A DNA stretch of 64,000 nt, from sequence record LR745208.1, one strand, 5' to 3'. The position numbers and the translations under genes were made by a program. The notes beneath the pieces were generated by a model, which had not been told where the DNA came from, made no database searches, and saw only the letters and a list, made by a program, of their open reading frames with translations. Positions 1 to 9,350 of this stretch are shown piece after piece (positions within the stretch are counted from its first letter, which is position 1; every line of letters starts with the position of its first letter).

Positions 1-1167
1 GTTGTGGAATGAGGCATCAGCATAGTAAGCGCCTACTATTGCGGCGCTCGCTGATGCGTAACCTCCAATTGCCATCTGGGTGGCATCATTGTTCTTTGTC
101 ATCAGTCCAGACACAACCATACACCCGTCCACGTACACAGCGGACCCGTTTGCTACGCCACTCTGGTACACAAACGCTACCCAATGCCAACGGTCATCGT
201 TGATATAGTAGTTGCTGGTCCGATGTGTGGTGGTTGCGTAATCGTAGAACCCAAGCACGGGGGTGGCGATGCTGTTCAACGTACAGATAAGCCATGCATT
301 GTCCTTAGCTACTAATCCCCAGAAGGTGGCTGAAGCTGTAAGAGTCTTAGGTATCTTTGTCCAGAATGCTACTGTCCCGTTCGCCGTCTGGAGAGATGCA
401 GCGTTACCAACAGTAATCTTGTCACCGATAGCATTGATCTGCACACTGTATGGGATCTGTACCTTTTGGTGTCTGGCAGAGACAGGTGTATCGAGTGACC
501 ATACTGGGGCAGTAAGAGTGATGTTCTTCGCTCCTGTGCCCGAGTCTGTGACCACGGTCATTGAATTGTTGGGGGTCCAATCGTAACTTGCCAGAATAGT
601 ACCACCAGTGGGGTAGCGGGCGGTCTGGTATTCGGAGAGGGCTTCAGCGGCGGTATACGCCTTACCTGTGGTAATTCTATCAACGACCAAACCGCCGCTG
701 AGTGGGAGTGTGACGCTATTACGCGCCGCGAAGTACATGTTATTAGTCGCGATGCCTGCGGTGCAGTTCTGATTGGACGTGTAAGTGAGCGGTGATGGGG
801 CACCGTTGATGTACAACTTCCCTTGTGATGACGAGACACTTTGATCGATGACGTGTACAAAACGCAACCAGACGCCTATAGGTAGTGGTGCTGTGTAGCC
901 AGAGCAAATCAGTCCTCCGTGAGTCGCATCTGCATGAGCGGCATACAGGGTATTTTGTGCTGCGAAAACCCCACTGCTCAATACGAAAGCGTTAGCAGCA
1001 GAATACAGCCCGCTCGTTTCGTACACGAAACCATCGCCTATACGGAGCTTTACCCACCCGCAGATCGTCACCTGCGTTGCATTCGCGAAGGGTACGGCTG
1101 TGGCCACGCCAGATGTCACACCCTTACAATCAATGGAGTGTGTGATATCTCTAAGTATCTGCCTCAT
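1..1167 (-). CDS. LamG/concanavalin-A-like domain virion protein (two LamG-like domains), truncated at the window edge
   Basis: Not in the ORF track because it runs off the edge. Manual translation from the ATG at 1167 gives MRQILRDITHSIDC...TICGWVK...GVWLRFVHVIDQ...KLYINGA...TVAFWTK...DDRWHWVAFVYQ...AVYVDG with no stop down to base 1; these are typical LamG strand patterns. Confidence 0.8.
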   Translation of the reverse strand, partial: MRQILRDITHSIDCKGVTSGVATAVPFANATQVTICGWVKLRIGDGFVYETSGLYSAANAFVLSSGVFAAQNTLYAAHADATHGGLICSGYTAPLPIGVWLRFVHVIDQSVSSSQGKLYINGAPSPLTYTSNQNCTAGIATNNMYFAARNSVTLPLSGGLVVDRITTGKAYTAAEALSEYQTARYPTGGTILASYDWTPNNSMTVVTDSGTGAKNITLTAPVWSLDTPVSARHQKVQIPYSVQINAIGDKITVGNAASLQTANGTVAFWTKIPKTLTASATFWGLVAKDNAWLICTLNSIATPVLGFYDYATTTHRTSNYYINDDRWHWVAFVYQSGVANGSAVYVDGCMVVSGLMTKNNDATQMAIGGYASASAAIVGAYYADASFHN

Positions 1168-1274
1168 AGCGTCGACCTCCATGCCAGTCCGCCGTAAAAC
1201 GGCTCAGCCGCCCCCGTGAGGCGCAGGAACGCGTCGAGGTTGTCGGCAGCGGGGGGTGCGAAAGTGAAACCCAC
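1164..1274 (-). CDS. 36-aa small protein
   Basis: GTG start overlaps the upstream TAG (TAGTG) and its TGA overlaps the LamG ATG (ATGA). Translation: MGFTFAPPAADNLDAFLRLTGAAEPFYGGLAWRSTL. Confidence 0.5.
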   Translation of the reverse strand: MGFTFAPPAADNLDAFLRLTGAAEPFYGGLAWRSTL

Positions 1275-1564
1275 TATGCCACCGTCATTCCGGCACCCAC
1301 TGCGAGATTCTGACCCAATGCGACCAGGACACGTCGCAGAGCATCCACGTCCTCCTGTGCGATGACACCGTCCGTCACTGCCTTGGTGAGATTGAACTCC
1401 CCACGTAGGCGGTCCAGCACTCGGCCATTGGCCCGCACCGCAAGCACCCTCCCCACATTGAGACTTGGACTGCCGTCAGGGTCAATGGCTACGGCGAAGT
1501 TGATGATGTGCTCTGGGTCCCCGACCACTACTGAAAGAGCACTGCTTGCGATTGGATCAGCCAT
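1274..1564 (-). CDS. hypothetical protein
   Basis: Within ORF 1274..1633; the start was moved to MADPIASS (ATG 1564), which follows a GGAGG Shine-Dalgarno (SD) sequence. Confidence 0.6.
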   Translation of the reverse strand: MADPIASSALSVVVGDPEHIINFAVAIDPDGSPSLNVGRVLAVRANGRVLDRLRGEFNLTKAVTDGVIAQEDVDALRRVLVALGQNLAVGAGMTVA

Positions 1565-1579
1565 GGACTTGCCTCCTGA

Positions 1580-1810
1580 ATTCTTCTTCTTCCCCTTATT
1601 CCAGGGGGTGTTCCCTATATGGGCATCAACCATATGCTGTCTATAGGCAGGATCTTACCATCTCTCCTTACCTAATTCCCGCAACCTCTCTTTAGCTTCC
1701 TCTGTTTGACTTAGCCCCTTGTTCCAGGCCACCTGACCCATGTGGGAGGCACTAGCCTTAGCACGAGTCTCCTCGGGCATGACCCCATACCTTTATTCCA
1801 CCCCCATTAT
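1580..1810 (-). pseudogene. remnant of NUMOD3 DNA-binding repeats from a decayed homing endonuclease
   Basis: Reads MPEETRAKASASHMGQVAWNKGLSQTEEAKERLRELGKERW*DPAYRQHMVDAHIGNTPWNKGKKK, with an in-frame TAA at 1655-1657 and no nuclease domain. Confidence 0.6.
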
Positions 1811-1833
1811 CCCAATAGGTATAGGAGGATAAC

Positions 1834-2340
1834 CTAGAGGGCCACCACAGCCCCATCAGCGGACATTGCCTGCCACTCTACGAAGAACTGGATGACACCA
1901 CTACTTGCACCGGCATCCTTCGTGAACAGAAACTCAATGTCAGTATTGATGGCTCCAGTTTTCTGGGTCATCTCAAACATCGTGGTGGGGACTTGGTTCA
2001 CAGCACCCGCTTCCGTAACCCGACCCGCGTTGGAATTGACCAGTGTCAGGGCCGCAGCCGCTAGGCCCGTCTTCTCAAGCCTAGCCCCCACTGAGGCCGA
2101 ACTGAGTGTGGTGCCCGTGTTCAACGTGATGTCCACCTGGGCAGTTTGGTCATTGAGCCGCCAATAGGCAGCCGTCCATGCCGCATTGAGAACCGTAGTC
2201 ACCACTCCATATAGCTTGAGGATACGAATGCTCCCCGTGATACGGAAGATGGGGGTCACAACGGCACCTGTGGCCGAGAAGGTCTTGGAGTTACTAGTAA
2301 TGATGGTGGCGGTGCCATTGGGCTGGAAAATGTATGACAT
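1834..2340 (-). CDS. putative virion structural protein (beta-rich)
   Basis: 168-aa Ala/Thr/Gly/Val-rich ORF with a GGAG SD, co-oriented with its neighbours. Confidence 0.65.
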   Translation of the reverse strand: MSYIFQPNGTATIITSNSKTFSATGAVVTPIFRITGSIRILKLYGVVTTVLNAAWTAAYWRLNDQTAQVDITLNTGTTLSSASVGARLEKTGLAAAALTLVNSNAGRVTEAGAVNQVPTTMFEMTQKTGAINTDIEFLFTKDAGASSGVIQFFVEWQAMSADGAVVAL

Positions 2341-2413
2341 TCAGGCTCCTGTATGAGGGAGCTGAATAGGGGAGGTAACGGATTCCGAAGAGTCGGAGGG
2401 GAGGAGACGCCAA

Positions 2414-2725
2414 CCGTTGACAACCTATACGCATTTATCCCTCTTGCGAGGTTTAGTGGGTATCGGTTGTTTTGGAGCTATGCGGGTGAGGCGCTTACGC
2501 GCCATACCCCCACAGTAAGCTCCGGGCTCATCGGTTTGAGCTCCTTCTAACAGGGATCTTGGTGATCTGAACCGCGAACGGTGCCTTCCATCCAAGATCG
2601 CTTTCACCGACTTCACTGGGGTTTTTAGGTTGATGTGTTTATCCTCAGAACGTCTGAGCACATTCAACCCCCCAACAAAATCCGCATGACTCTTCCTACC
2701 ACAGCTCTGGCAGACAAATCCGCAA
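2414..2725 (-). mobile_element. TnpB 3' remnant with omega-RNA/right end (IS607-like, internally deleted)
   Basis: Minus frame reads FVCQSCGRKSHADFVGGLNVLRRS (second CxxC plus RuvC-III HAD). It is followed by a structured tail ending TATAGGTTGTCAACGG, the same AACGG terminus as the TnpB element ending at 39855. Confidence 0.6.
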
Positions 2726-2755
2726 CATAGGAGGAATAGGGAGCTAGAGGGTGAA

Positions 2756-3283
2756 TCAGCAGTACTTCAGATGAATAACTGCGTCTCCTGCGGCACCGAC
2801 ACCGTATGTGGCCTCAGAGGTACTGATAGCAAACCCAATTCCCGAGGAAAAATACTGACCATTCATTCCGAAGAAGGAGTCATCGATGACGAGGACACCA
2901 CCCACCGGTACATAAAATGAGAAGATCGGGACCTCTGTGGTTAGGGGGATTGTAGATTTTTGGTGGATCTGGCAATATCTGACCGACCCGGAATTGTTGT
3001 GGCAGTAAACTGCCCCCACCTGACCAGCTGATGCTTTGATTACAGCGGCATTCGAAGTCCCAAAGTTGGTATACACGATCCAGCTGTAAGTGGCCGAAAC
3101 TACTGGCTTCGCCAGGACCCCAATTAAATTATTGGTCGAGTCCTCCCCTGCCAGGGCCGTTCCCATCGTCACATAAGAGTTGCCAACGGCGTCCGATGGC
3201 TGGGGGCCGCCAGTCGCCTCAGCACGTACCGGGGGAACCGCATTGTATATGGTCGTAGGTGAGGATTGGATTTGTGCGCTCAT
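2756..3283 (-). CDS. virion protein; paralog of the C-terminal domain of 4307..5452
   Basis: Shared blocks GEDxTNxL-KPVVS-KASAGQV-FFGxNGxYF-GIxFA. Confidence 0.7.
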   Translation of the reverse strand: MSAQIQSSPTTIYNAVPPVRAEATGGPQPSDAVGNSYVTMGTALAGEDSTNNLIGVLAKPVVSATYSWIVYTNFGTSNAAVIKASAGQVGAVYCHNNSGSVRYCQIHQKSTIPLTTEVPIFSFYVPVGGVLVIDDSFFGMNGQYFSSGIGFAISTSEATYGVGAAGDAVIHLKYC

Positions 3284-4314
3284 GGTTGGTCCTTAACATG
3301 GGCGGGTATAGGAGCATTAGGACCTGTGGAAGCGGGTGTGAATGGGAGGAGCCGCCAGCCCTTGTAGGACGGGCGACTGCCTTTGATAATGCGGTATAGG
3401 CCCTGTTTACTCAACCCATGCTCTTTGGCAAACGCAGCTAGACCCTCAATCCTGGTGTAAATGGTGCCATCCGGAGCTACCAATTGAAAACCATCGTAGA
3501 CATTTACAGGGGAGGACACCCCTAGAAGGTGCCAGCCTTTGTAGGAAGGGTAGCGACCCGACAGCAAAGAGGACAGCCCACTGGGGGTCAAACCGTGTGT
3601 CTTGCAAAAGGCAACCAATCCGACGATATGGGTATAGGTTTCCCCTGTCGGAGAGAGAAGAATACAGTCATAGGTTTTGGGGGTCATGATCTGCTTGGCC
3701 CTGGCCTTGCGGACCCGTTCCCTAGTTGCCATACTGGATTTGGTGCCCTTATTGTGGGCAGGCTTCCCCTTATGGGAGGCACTGATCTTTGCCCTGGTCT
3801 CGGCCGAAGCCTTCTTGCCCTTGTTGGGGCTTGGTTTGCCAACGTGAACCAGCCCACTAAGCCTTTTGGCCTCCTCCGTGTGATGTTTCCCAAACATTGG
3901 GTGATCGACCCCACGGAATCGTCCTATTCTGGCAGCACTCTGCCTGCGTCGGGTCTCCTCAGTGGACTTCCTACCCTCTGTTGATGTCGCACTGCTCTTG
4001 ATATTGAAGCACTCCTTGCCCCCATCAAAATGGGTATCCAACAGAAGTTGCTCAGCTGCCAGCCTATCCTGCCTCCCGGTGTCAACCACCTCTAGCACCT
4101 CAAACAGGAAGGAGTTAGACCCATTCAGAGTGAAGGAATGCTGTAGATGTGGATTACCATGTTTGCCCCGTTCTAGTTCCCGGATGTGGTCCTTGAACCT
4201 TTTGACAAACCGAGCAGCAGACCCATAGTATACCTTCCCATTCGTGATATTCACGATTCGGTAAGTACCTCCAGCCTTGGGCGTCCCTTTGAAATCAGCC
4301 ATCATTTCAAACAT
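3280..4314 (-). CDS. GIY-YIG homing endonuclease with NUMOD3 repeats
   Basis: GGTYRIVNITNGKVYYGSA, catalytic R (KRFKDH), E (LAAEQ) and N (CFNI); NUMOD3 motifs HPMFGKHHTEEAK and SPNKGKKASAETRAKIS; two C-terminal HTH-like repeats. Confidence 0.9.
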   Translation of the reverse strand: MFEMMADFKGTPKAGGTYRIVNITNGKVYYGSAARFVKRFKDHIRELERGKHGNPHLQHSFTLNGSNSFLFEVLEVVDTGRQDRLAAEQLLLDTHFDGGKECFNIKSSATSTEGRKSTEETRRRQSAARIGRFRGVDHPMFGKHHTEEAKRLSGLVHVGKPSPNKGKKASAETRAKISASHKGKPAHNKGTKSSMATRERVRKARAKQIMTPKTYDCILLSPTGETYTHIVGLVAFCKTHGLTPSGLSSLLSGRYPSYKGWHLLGVSSPVNVYDGFQLVAPDGTIYTRIEGLAAFAKEHGLSKQGLYRIIKGSRPSYKGWRLLPFTPASTGPNAPIPAHVKDQP

Positions 4315-5452
4315 ACGCGACGTGAGTGCAGTGATCTGTTACCGTCACCTGAGTGAAGATATTTTCCGTTGAGCTACATGCAAACGCTATCCCCGTAGGA
4401 AAATATTTGCCATTCGCCCCGAAGAACTCTGCCCCAAGAATCACCGTCGCATAAGGAGGCACTTGGATCGTGATGCCTCCTGTAGGAGCAGTCACCCCAG
4501 TTATCGGAACTGTAGCAGTGTTAAATAGCATCATGAACCGGTTGGACCCAGTCAGGTTGTGCATTGCATATGAGAACACCTGACCCGCTGATGCTTTGAC
4601 GGAAAGTGTAGAATTTTGCCCCAGGTTCTGAAACCAACTCCACGAGTGGGTAGTCGAAACCACGGGCTTTTGCATGACACTGAGAAGGTCATTGGTATCA
4701 TCCTCACCGCGAATTCTCGTAGCCAGGGTGGTATTCAGGCTACCCAGGGAGTCTGCCTGGAGGGGGCCAAACTGGGCCTCTGTACGTGGTGTGGGGGCGG
4801 CATTGTAGCCTGCCATTGGCAGTTCGTTACCGAACCCGGTAACAGTGGCACTGGGTGTGGTATAGCCACCCCGCGCTCGATCCCATGTCCCTCCCGGACC
4901 CAGGAGCTTACCCCGTGCCTTTACAACCAGGGCATTAGCTGTGTTGGACACCCCGTCCGACCCAACTGTCTCTACAGCTACATTGTTGTTTGTTGACCCA
5001 TCTGAGATCGCCGTGATGATCGACCCGTTAAGGGATGCTTGTGTGGGTCCTACAACGCCCTCTGTACGTGGTGTGGGGGCGGCATTGTACTGTGCCCGTC
5101 CTGCCTTCTCGAACCCAGACAGATAGACAATGACTTCGTCACCAGCGGCGAAGTTTGCCGACATATCTGACAGGGTCAGGACGTTGGCTGCAAATGACAC
5201 ATTGGTTGTGGGGATGGTATCCACCACTCCTGCGGAGGTTCTACGTAGGATCCGGGCTGCTGCAAACACCTTGCTAGTAAGGGCAGCGTACCAGACGGTG
5301 TCTACAGCTGCCGAAAACGTAATGGTCTTGGCGGCAGCATTGGCCGTGGCGGTGAAGTCCCCACAGGCATTCGAGTAGGTACTAGAAGTACCAGAGGCTA
5401 CTGATAGATTTGGCCAGTAGGTACCATCTGGCAACAGCATGAAATTCGGCAT
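4307..5452 (-). CDS. virion structural/fibre-like protein
   Basis: 381 aa; internal repeat YNAAPTPRTE x2; C-terminal domain paralogous to 2756..3283. Confidence 0.7.
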   Translation of the reverse strand: MPNFMLLPDGTYWPNLSVASGTSSTYSNACGDFTATANAAAKTITFSAAVDTVWYAALTSKVFAAARILRRTSAGVVDTIPTTNVSFAANVLTLSDMSANFAAGDEVIVYLSGFEKAGRAQYNAAPTPRTEGVVGPTQASLNGSIITAISDGSTNNNVAVETVGSDGVSNTANALVVKARGKLLGPGGTWDRARGGYTTPSATVTGFGNELPMAGYNAAPTPRTEAQFGPLQADSLGSLNTTLATRIRGEDDTNDLLSVMQKPVVSTTHSWSWFQNLGQNSTLSVKASAGQVFSYAMHNLTGSNRFMMLFNTATVPITGVTAPTGGITIQVPPYATVILGAEFFGANGKYFPTGIAFACSSTENIFTQVTVTDHCTHVAYV

Positions 5453-5470
5453 GATTGAAACTCTCTCCTC

Positions 5471-6631
5471 TTATTGCTGTTCGCCTTGAACTTGAAACAC
5501 ACCCAGGTCAACGTTGGCCAGGATGGATGAATTGGTGCCGATGAACTCAATCAGGGTGATGGTCAAACCATCCTTATTGAAGTCCACGAAAGTGGCACTT
5601 TCGTACAAGGTACCCACTGTGGCATTGCTCCTAGTAACTGTGCTGGCGTCTGAGAATGTGAACCGGATCCCTGGGGTCACGGTGCTAACCACTGGGGGGA
5701 GCATCCATTCTGTGGGTTGCCATTGAGTATAGGGGGCTGCGGGGGTGTAGGAGATGACCACTGTCACGCTGGTAGCCCCATAGTCCTGTGCAGCAGGGTC
5801 TGTGGACTTCCGCATTTGGGTGGGTGTGGGCTTCTCCACCCGTTTCCACACATAGGTCACTCCGGCCACGGTCTCTACACAGGTATAGGTGGCGGAGTCT
5901 GCCACCACCCAGCACTGGGAGCCTAGATTCAAAGCGGATGCAGCCGGAAGAGCTGCAAAATTGGCCACGGGAGGAAGGGGGGTAATGACCCCCGAGGCTG
6001 CCTGAAGGGCCCCTACACCGATTGTACGCATCGATGGGGTACCAACTAGGCCGTCCTTGTTAGCCACTGCCACCTGGGCATCAGTGATGGTCAACAGCGC
6101 CATCTTCGCTGCCGTTACGGCAAGTAGCCTGATAGTAGGATTTGGGTAAAACCCATCAAGGTCCCCTCCGGCTGGGCCCACTGGGGGTCCCCCTGCCTGG
6201 GTAAAGACCAGCCCTGTGATGTTCACATGAATGGGCTCGGGTACAGAGAGCTTATAGTCCAGGTTTGCATCTGTGCCCTCACTGATTGGCACCTGCATTT
6301 CGGAGGAGACCTCAAAATCCACGTCGGCATCTGAAGACCTAACAAGGACCCACGGGGACACCCCTGCCACCCCTAGACTGGAGACGACATAGACCCCATC
6401 GTCAACTGCACTGACCTGGGCGATCAACAGAAGACGGTCCCCCACAGTCAACGGAATAACTGGCGCCCAACCCGCATCAACCATGGCCTCTGTGAGGACC
6501 ACATTAGCATTGGCCGTAATGACGTTCCCCACCCTAGTTCCAGCAAGGGGGCCTTGTGCGGCTGCCCGACAGGCCAACTTGATGACTGGGATGTGAATGT
6601 CGGAGCGGACCCCGTTGATATAGACCGCCAC
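5471..6631 (-). CDS. tail-fibre-like virion protein
   Basis: LTVGDRLLL-AQ-DDGVYVV-WVLVRSSDAD resembles the head-binding-like N-terminal module of phage fibres; AGGDLDGFYPNPT motif. Confidence 0.6.
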   Translation of the reverse strand: MAVYINGVRSDIHIPVIKLACRAAAQGPLAGTRVGNVITANANVVLTEAMVDAGWAPVIPLTVGDRLLLIAQVSAVDDGVYVVSSLGVAGVSPWVLVRSSDADVDFEVSSEMQVPISEGTDANLDYKLSVPEPIHVNITGLVFTQAGGPPVGPAGGDLDGFYPNPTIRLLAVTAAKMALLTITDAQVAVANKDGLVGTPSMRTIGVGALQAASGVITPLPPVANFAALPAASALNLGSQCWVVADSATYTCVETVAGVTYVWKRVEKPTPTQMRKSTDPAAQDYGATSVTVVISYTPAAPYTQWQPTEWMLPPVVSTVTPGIRFTFSDASTVTRSNATVGTLYESATFVDFNKDGLTITLIEFIGTNSSILANVDLGVFQVQGEQQ

Positions 6632-6633
6632 CT

Positions 6634-7005
6634 TTACGACCTCCAGACCACGGCCAAGGTCAGCCCTACGGTCTCAAGGTTGGTACCCGTCACGGTCATC
6701 CGCATTTTGGTCCTGGACAGCTCGGTCACAGTAATCTCAACCGTGTCCCCTGGAATCAAGATCCCTCCAGGAAGGGCAATTGCGTTGTCCAATGGGGACC
6801 AATCCGTATTCGTAAAGCTGTCCAACCAATAGACCGACAAGTTGGTCAGGTTAGCAGCCCCGGTGTTCTTGACGATGAATGACATCTTGTCATAGGGACT
6901 AATGTCGATACCTGCGGCGGTCAGGAGCTCTGTTGCCCCTACCCCCAGGATGGTCGATGCCCCGTCTCTCAAGATCTGTAGCATTGGCTGTAATACCTCA
7001 ATCAA
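6634..7005 (-). CDS. hypothetical virion protein
   Basis: 123-aa beta-rich ORF tightly packed between co-oriented genes. Confidence 0.55.
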   Translation of the reverse strand: MIEVLQPMLQILRDGASTILGVGATELLTAAGIDISPYDKMSFIVKNTGAANLTNLSVYWLDSFTNTDWSPLDNAIALPGGILIPGDTVEITVTELSRTKMRMTVTGTNLETVGLTLAVVWRS

Positions 7006-7014
7006 GGGGGTCCC

Positions 7015-7027
7015 ATAGGCGGGCTAT
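7015..7027 (-). promoter_or_regulatory. ATAG-N5-CTAT candidate late promoter
   Basis: ATAG GCGGG CTAT, 9 nt upstream of the 7005 start. Confidence 0.5.
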
Positions 7028-7603
7028 CGATGCCTTGACCCACCACCCCCCATATTGACTATGTTGATGGTGGGTCTGATTTCCTTGACCTTACGGGCTA
7101 TTTTTATTGTCGCCCTGTCCACCATGGAGGTTCCCGTGCAAAAACCAGATAATTGAAGGGGGCCAGGAATATGAGGAATTGGGGTTGGGGGGATGGGTAA
7201 GGGGGGGGGGGGGGCCACAGACATACCTGGGAGCTCTTTCCCCAAATTAACCTTCAAAAGACGGCGGCTATATACCTGTCCCCGACCCAATACCCGCCCT
7301 GTACTGGCAACGGATCCTTGGAGGTATCGCAGCACCCACGAAAAAGCCTCAGGAGACCCTCGTCCAATTGAGATCCCCCCCAGTGACTTAATGGACCAAC
7401 TAGCCCCGGCTGCTACGCCATGTCCAGTGAGGGATCCGGCCATATGCCGAGCAACTGGAAAATCCCCTTGTGGAACCATTGAAGAACCCGTACACGTCCC
7501 GGCTATTAACTTTGGCACGGCCAGAGGCTGGGGCCGAGTATGCGGTATTCCCAAGGACATGGTCCAGGATTTTTGCTTCAAGGTAATCAGACTTTGATCC
7601 CAT
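7024..7603 (-). pseudogene. frame-disrupted fibre-like gene (N-terminus in 7400..7603, body in 7024..7581)
   Basis: MGSKSDYLEAKILDHVLGNTAYSAP is a recognisable phage fibre-type N-terminus. Protein-like AGxxxGxS repeats continue only in the other frame after about 7530. Confidence 0.55.
7201..7214 (+). repeat. G14 homopolymer inside coding sequence
   Basis: 14 consecutive G; reads as APPPPL on the minus strand. Confidence 0.95.
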
Positions 7604-7617
7604 GCTTTCCCCCGTCC

Positions 7618-7630
7618 ATAGGCAGCCTAT
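7618..7630 (-). promoter_or_regulatory. ATAG-N5-CTAT candidate late promoter
   Basis: ATAG GCAGC CTAT, upstream of the 7603 start. Confidence 0.5.
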
Positions 7631-7987
7631 TTAGACAAACCGTGCCCTTAGGAAGTCATCTGCCTCAAAAGCATGAACCTGAATGGTGTCCAACGCAAAC
7701 AGGGTATCCCCCGACAGGGGATCAATGGCCCGATACTCAGTATACAGAACCATCCCATCTAGTAGTGTGGGGTCCACAGTCCACCGATACACATATCGGC
7801 CAACTTCAACAGGTACAGCAGCGGACATTGCCAGGGCAGTCAAAATGGCCACTTTGTCACCTGTGGTGCCATCAAACCGAAACACGGAGATGTTGGGGCT
7901 GGTTGGAGCAAATGGGGCCCCAGTCCCGTCCAGGTACAGAATCTGAAAAACGAAAGGTTCGCCGATGTACGCTTCTAGAGAGGCCAT
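7631..7987 (-). CDS. small Ig-like/beta-sandwich virion protein
   Basis: 118 aa, GRYVYRWTV and alternating beta pattern. Confidence 0.55.
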   Translation of the reverse strand: MASLEAYIGEPFVFQILYLDGTGAPFAPTSPNISVFRFDGTTGDKVAILTALAMSAAVPVEVGRYVYRWTVDPTLLDGMVLYTEYRAIDPLSGDTLFALDTIQVHAFEADDFLRARFV

Positions 7988-8015
7988 CCACTAAGGGGAC
8001 TGATAGGTGGACTAA

Positions 8016-9179
8016 CTAGCGGGCCAGATGCCTCTTGGCAACAATTGATGCCAAATGTCTCATTGCTACCTTGGAGGAAGACAATTGTCCCTCAGTATAC
8101 CAATCCCGTAACCTCTCCCCCTCCTTGGGGAGGGGCCTCAATTCCCAGTGCTGCACAAGTCGGGTGTAGATCTTGATGTCCCCCCGGATCTGTTCGAGGG
8201 TACCTTCAACTGCCATGAGGGCATGCTTAAGGTGCTTATCCCAATCCTGGTCCCCCTTGTGGAGTACTTGCTTGCCCCCCCGTGTTTGAACTGTGAGGGT
8301 TTCCAGGTCATCCGCCTTGAGGCTAGCCAGCTTGGCATCGAAGTCTTTTTCGGTTGACTTGAGCCCCTTTTCCAGGTAGTTCTCAGTTCCCTGGATGGAC
8401 AACTCAAATGGTGGATACCTTGTCCCCTCACAACGACCAATGACATACCCATATCGTGGCCTCTTGTAGCCATGCAGGACGATCAGAGGAAGCTGGCTTC
8501 CCGGCTGAATCTTCACATTCTGGAAGCAAACCGAACAGGTCCCGGTGCTATCTCTGGTCCTCTGGGCAGCTGGAACATGTTCCTCCATATTCAAGTAGGC
8601 GTTGACCTTTTCCTTCCAATTGTGCTCGATAAGCCACCGGACTATTTCTGATGGGGACACATCCCTAATACGGACCGAAGTATCAGGAGAGCCCCCCTGG
8701 TCCATAGGCTTGAGCATATCATATGCCCCATCATGGGCACTTGGGAGCACGTCCCCCGAAGCCCCACCTAGGGACACTCGGATCCCAGCTACCCCCACAT
8801 ATGCCTTATACTCAATGACAAACTTGTTTTTGGAGTAGGGAGAGTCAATCCCCTGTGGAGTCCTTATCTCGGTCACATACACTACCCCAAGTTTGGGGTT
8901 GGAAGGAACTGGAGATTGATGCCTCTCCAGGTTCTTAATCACAGCATCCTTCCCAGCATCAGTCTCCGCATAGGCATGTCGGGAATCTATCCCCTGACTC
9001 TGATAGAATGCTGGGGTCGCCCCTACTGTGGGCCCTAAGGATCCCCCAATAGCATTCAACACCGCACTGATCTGTGACATGGTCAAACTCGAAGTAGCCC
9101 CCTTACGAATCTTGAGCATAACCTCCTGTAGCTTCTCAGGAGTCAACGGCTTGGCAGCAATCTTCTGGGTCATGCCCAT
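8016..9179 (-). CDS. hypothetical protein with Cys/His motif
   Basis: 387 aa; GTCSVCF...LHGY...GRCEG; ends SKVAMRHLASIVAKRHLAR. Confidence 0.7.
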   Translation of the reverse strand: MGMTQKIAAKPLTPEKLQEVMLKIRKGATSSLTMSQISAVLNAIGGSLGPTVGATPAFYQSQGIDSRHAYAETDAGKDAVIKNLERHQSPVPSNPKLGVVYVTEIRTPQGIDSPYSKNKFVIEYKAYVGVAGIRVSLGGASGDVLPSAHDGAYDMLKPMDQGGSPDTSVRIRDVSPSEIVRWLIEHNWKEKVNAYLNMEEHVPAAQRTRDSTGTCSVCFQNVKIQPGSQLPLIVLHGYKRPRYGYVIGRCEGTRYPPFELSIQGTENYLEKGLKSTEKDFDAKLASLKADDLETLTVQTRGGKQVLHKGDQDWDKHLKHALMAVEGTLEQIRGDIKIYTRLVQHWELRPLPKEGERLRDWYTEGQLSSSKVAMRHLASIVAKRHLAR

Positions 9180-9188
9180 GGGGCGTGA

Positions 9189-9201
9189 ATAGCAGGACTA
9201 T
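9189..9201 (-). promoter_or_regulatory. ATAG-N5-CTAT candidate late promoter
   Basis: ATAG CAGGA CTAT, 9 nt upstream of the 9179 start. Confidence 0.5.
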
Positions 9202-9350
9202 GTGGCCAAGAATAGACCCCGAGACAAATCAATGGAATTCCCATAGCTTAGCTACGAATTCGGTTGGGTGTCAGATCTCGATCCGGGAACGTTCCCAGGT
9301 GCCCAGCTCGGTGGCTGCCTTCAGGGCACCATGTCATCCGTCTAACCATC

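Noticed and set aside
1-1167. Diversity-generating retroelement target in the LamG protein
   Set aside because: No reverse transcriptase and no template/variable repeat pair in the window.
1655-1657. Stop-codon reassignment suggested by the in-frame TAA
   Set aside because: TAA, TAG and TGA all terminate intact core genes; this is an isolated lesion in a remnant.
3280-4314. Group I intron hosting the GIY-YIG genes (also 30114..30947)
   Set aside because: The flanking genes are complete and abut or overlap the endonuclease ORFs, leaving no room for an intron core.
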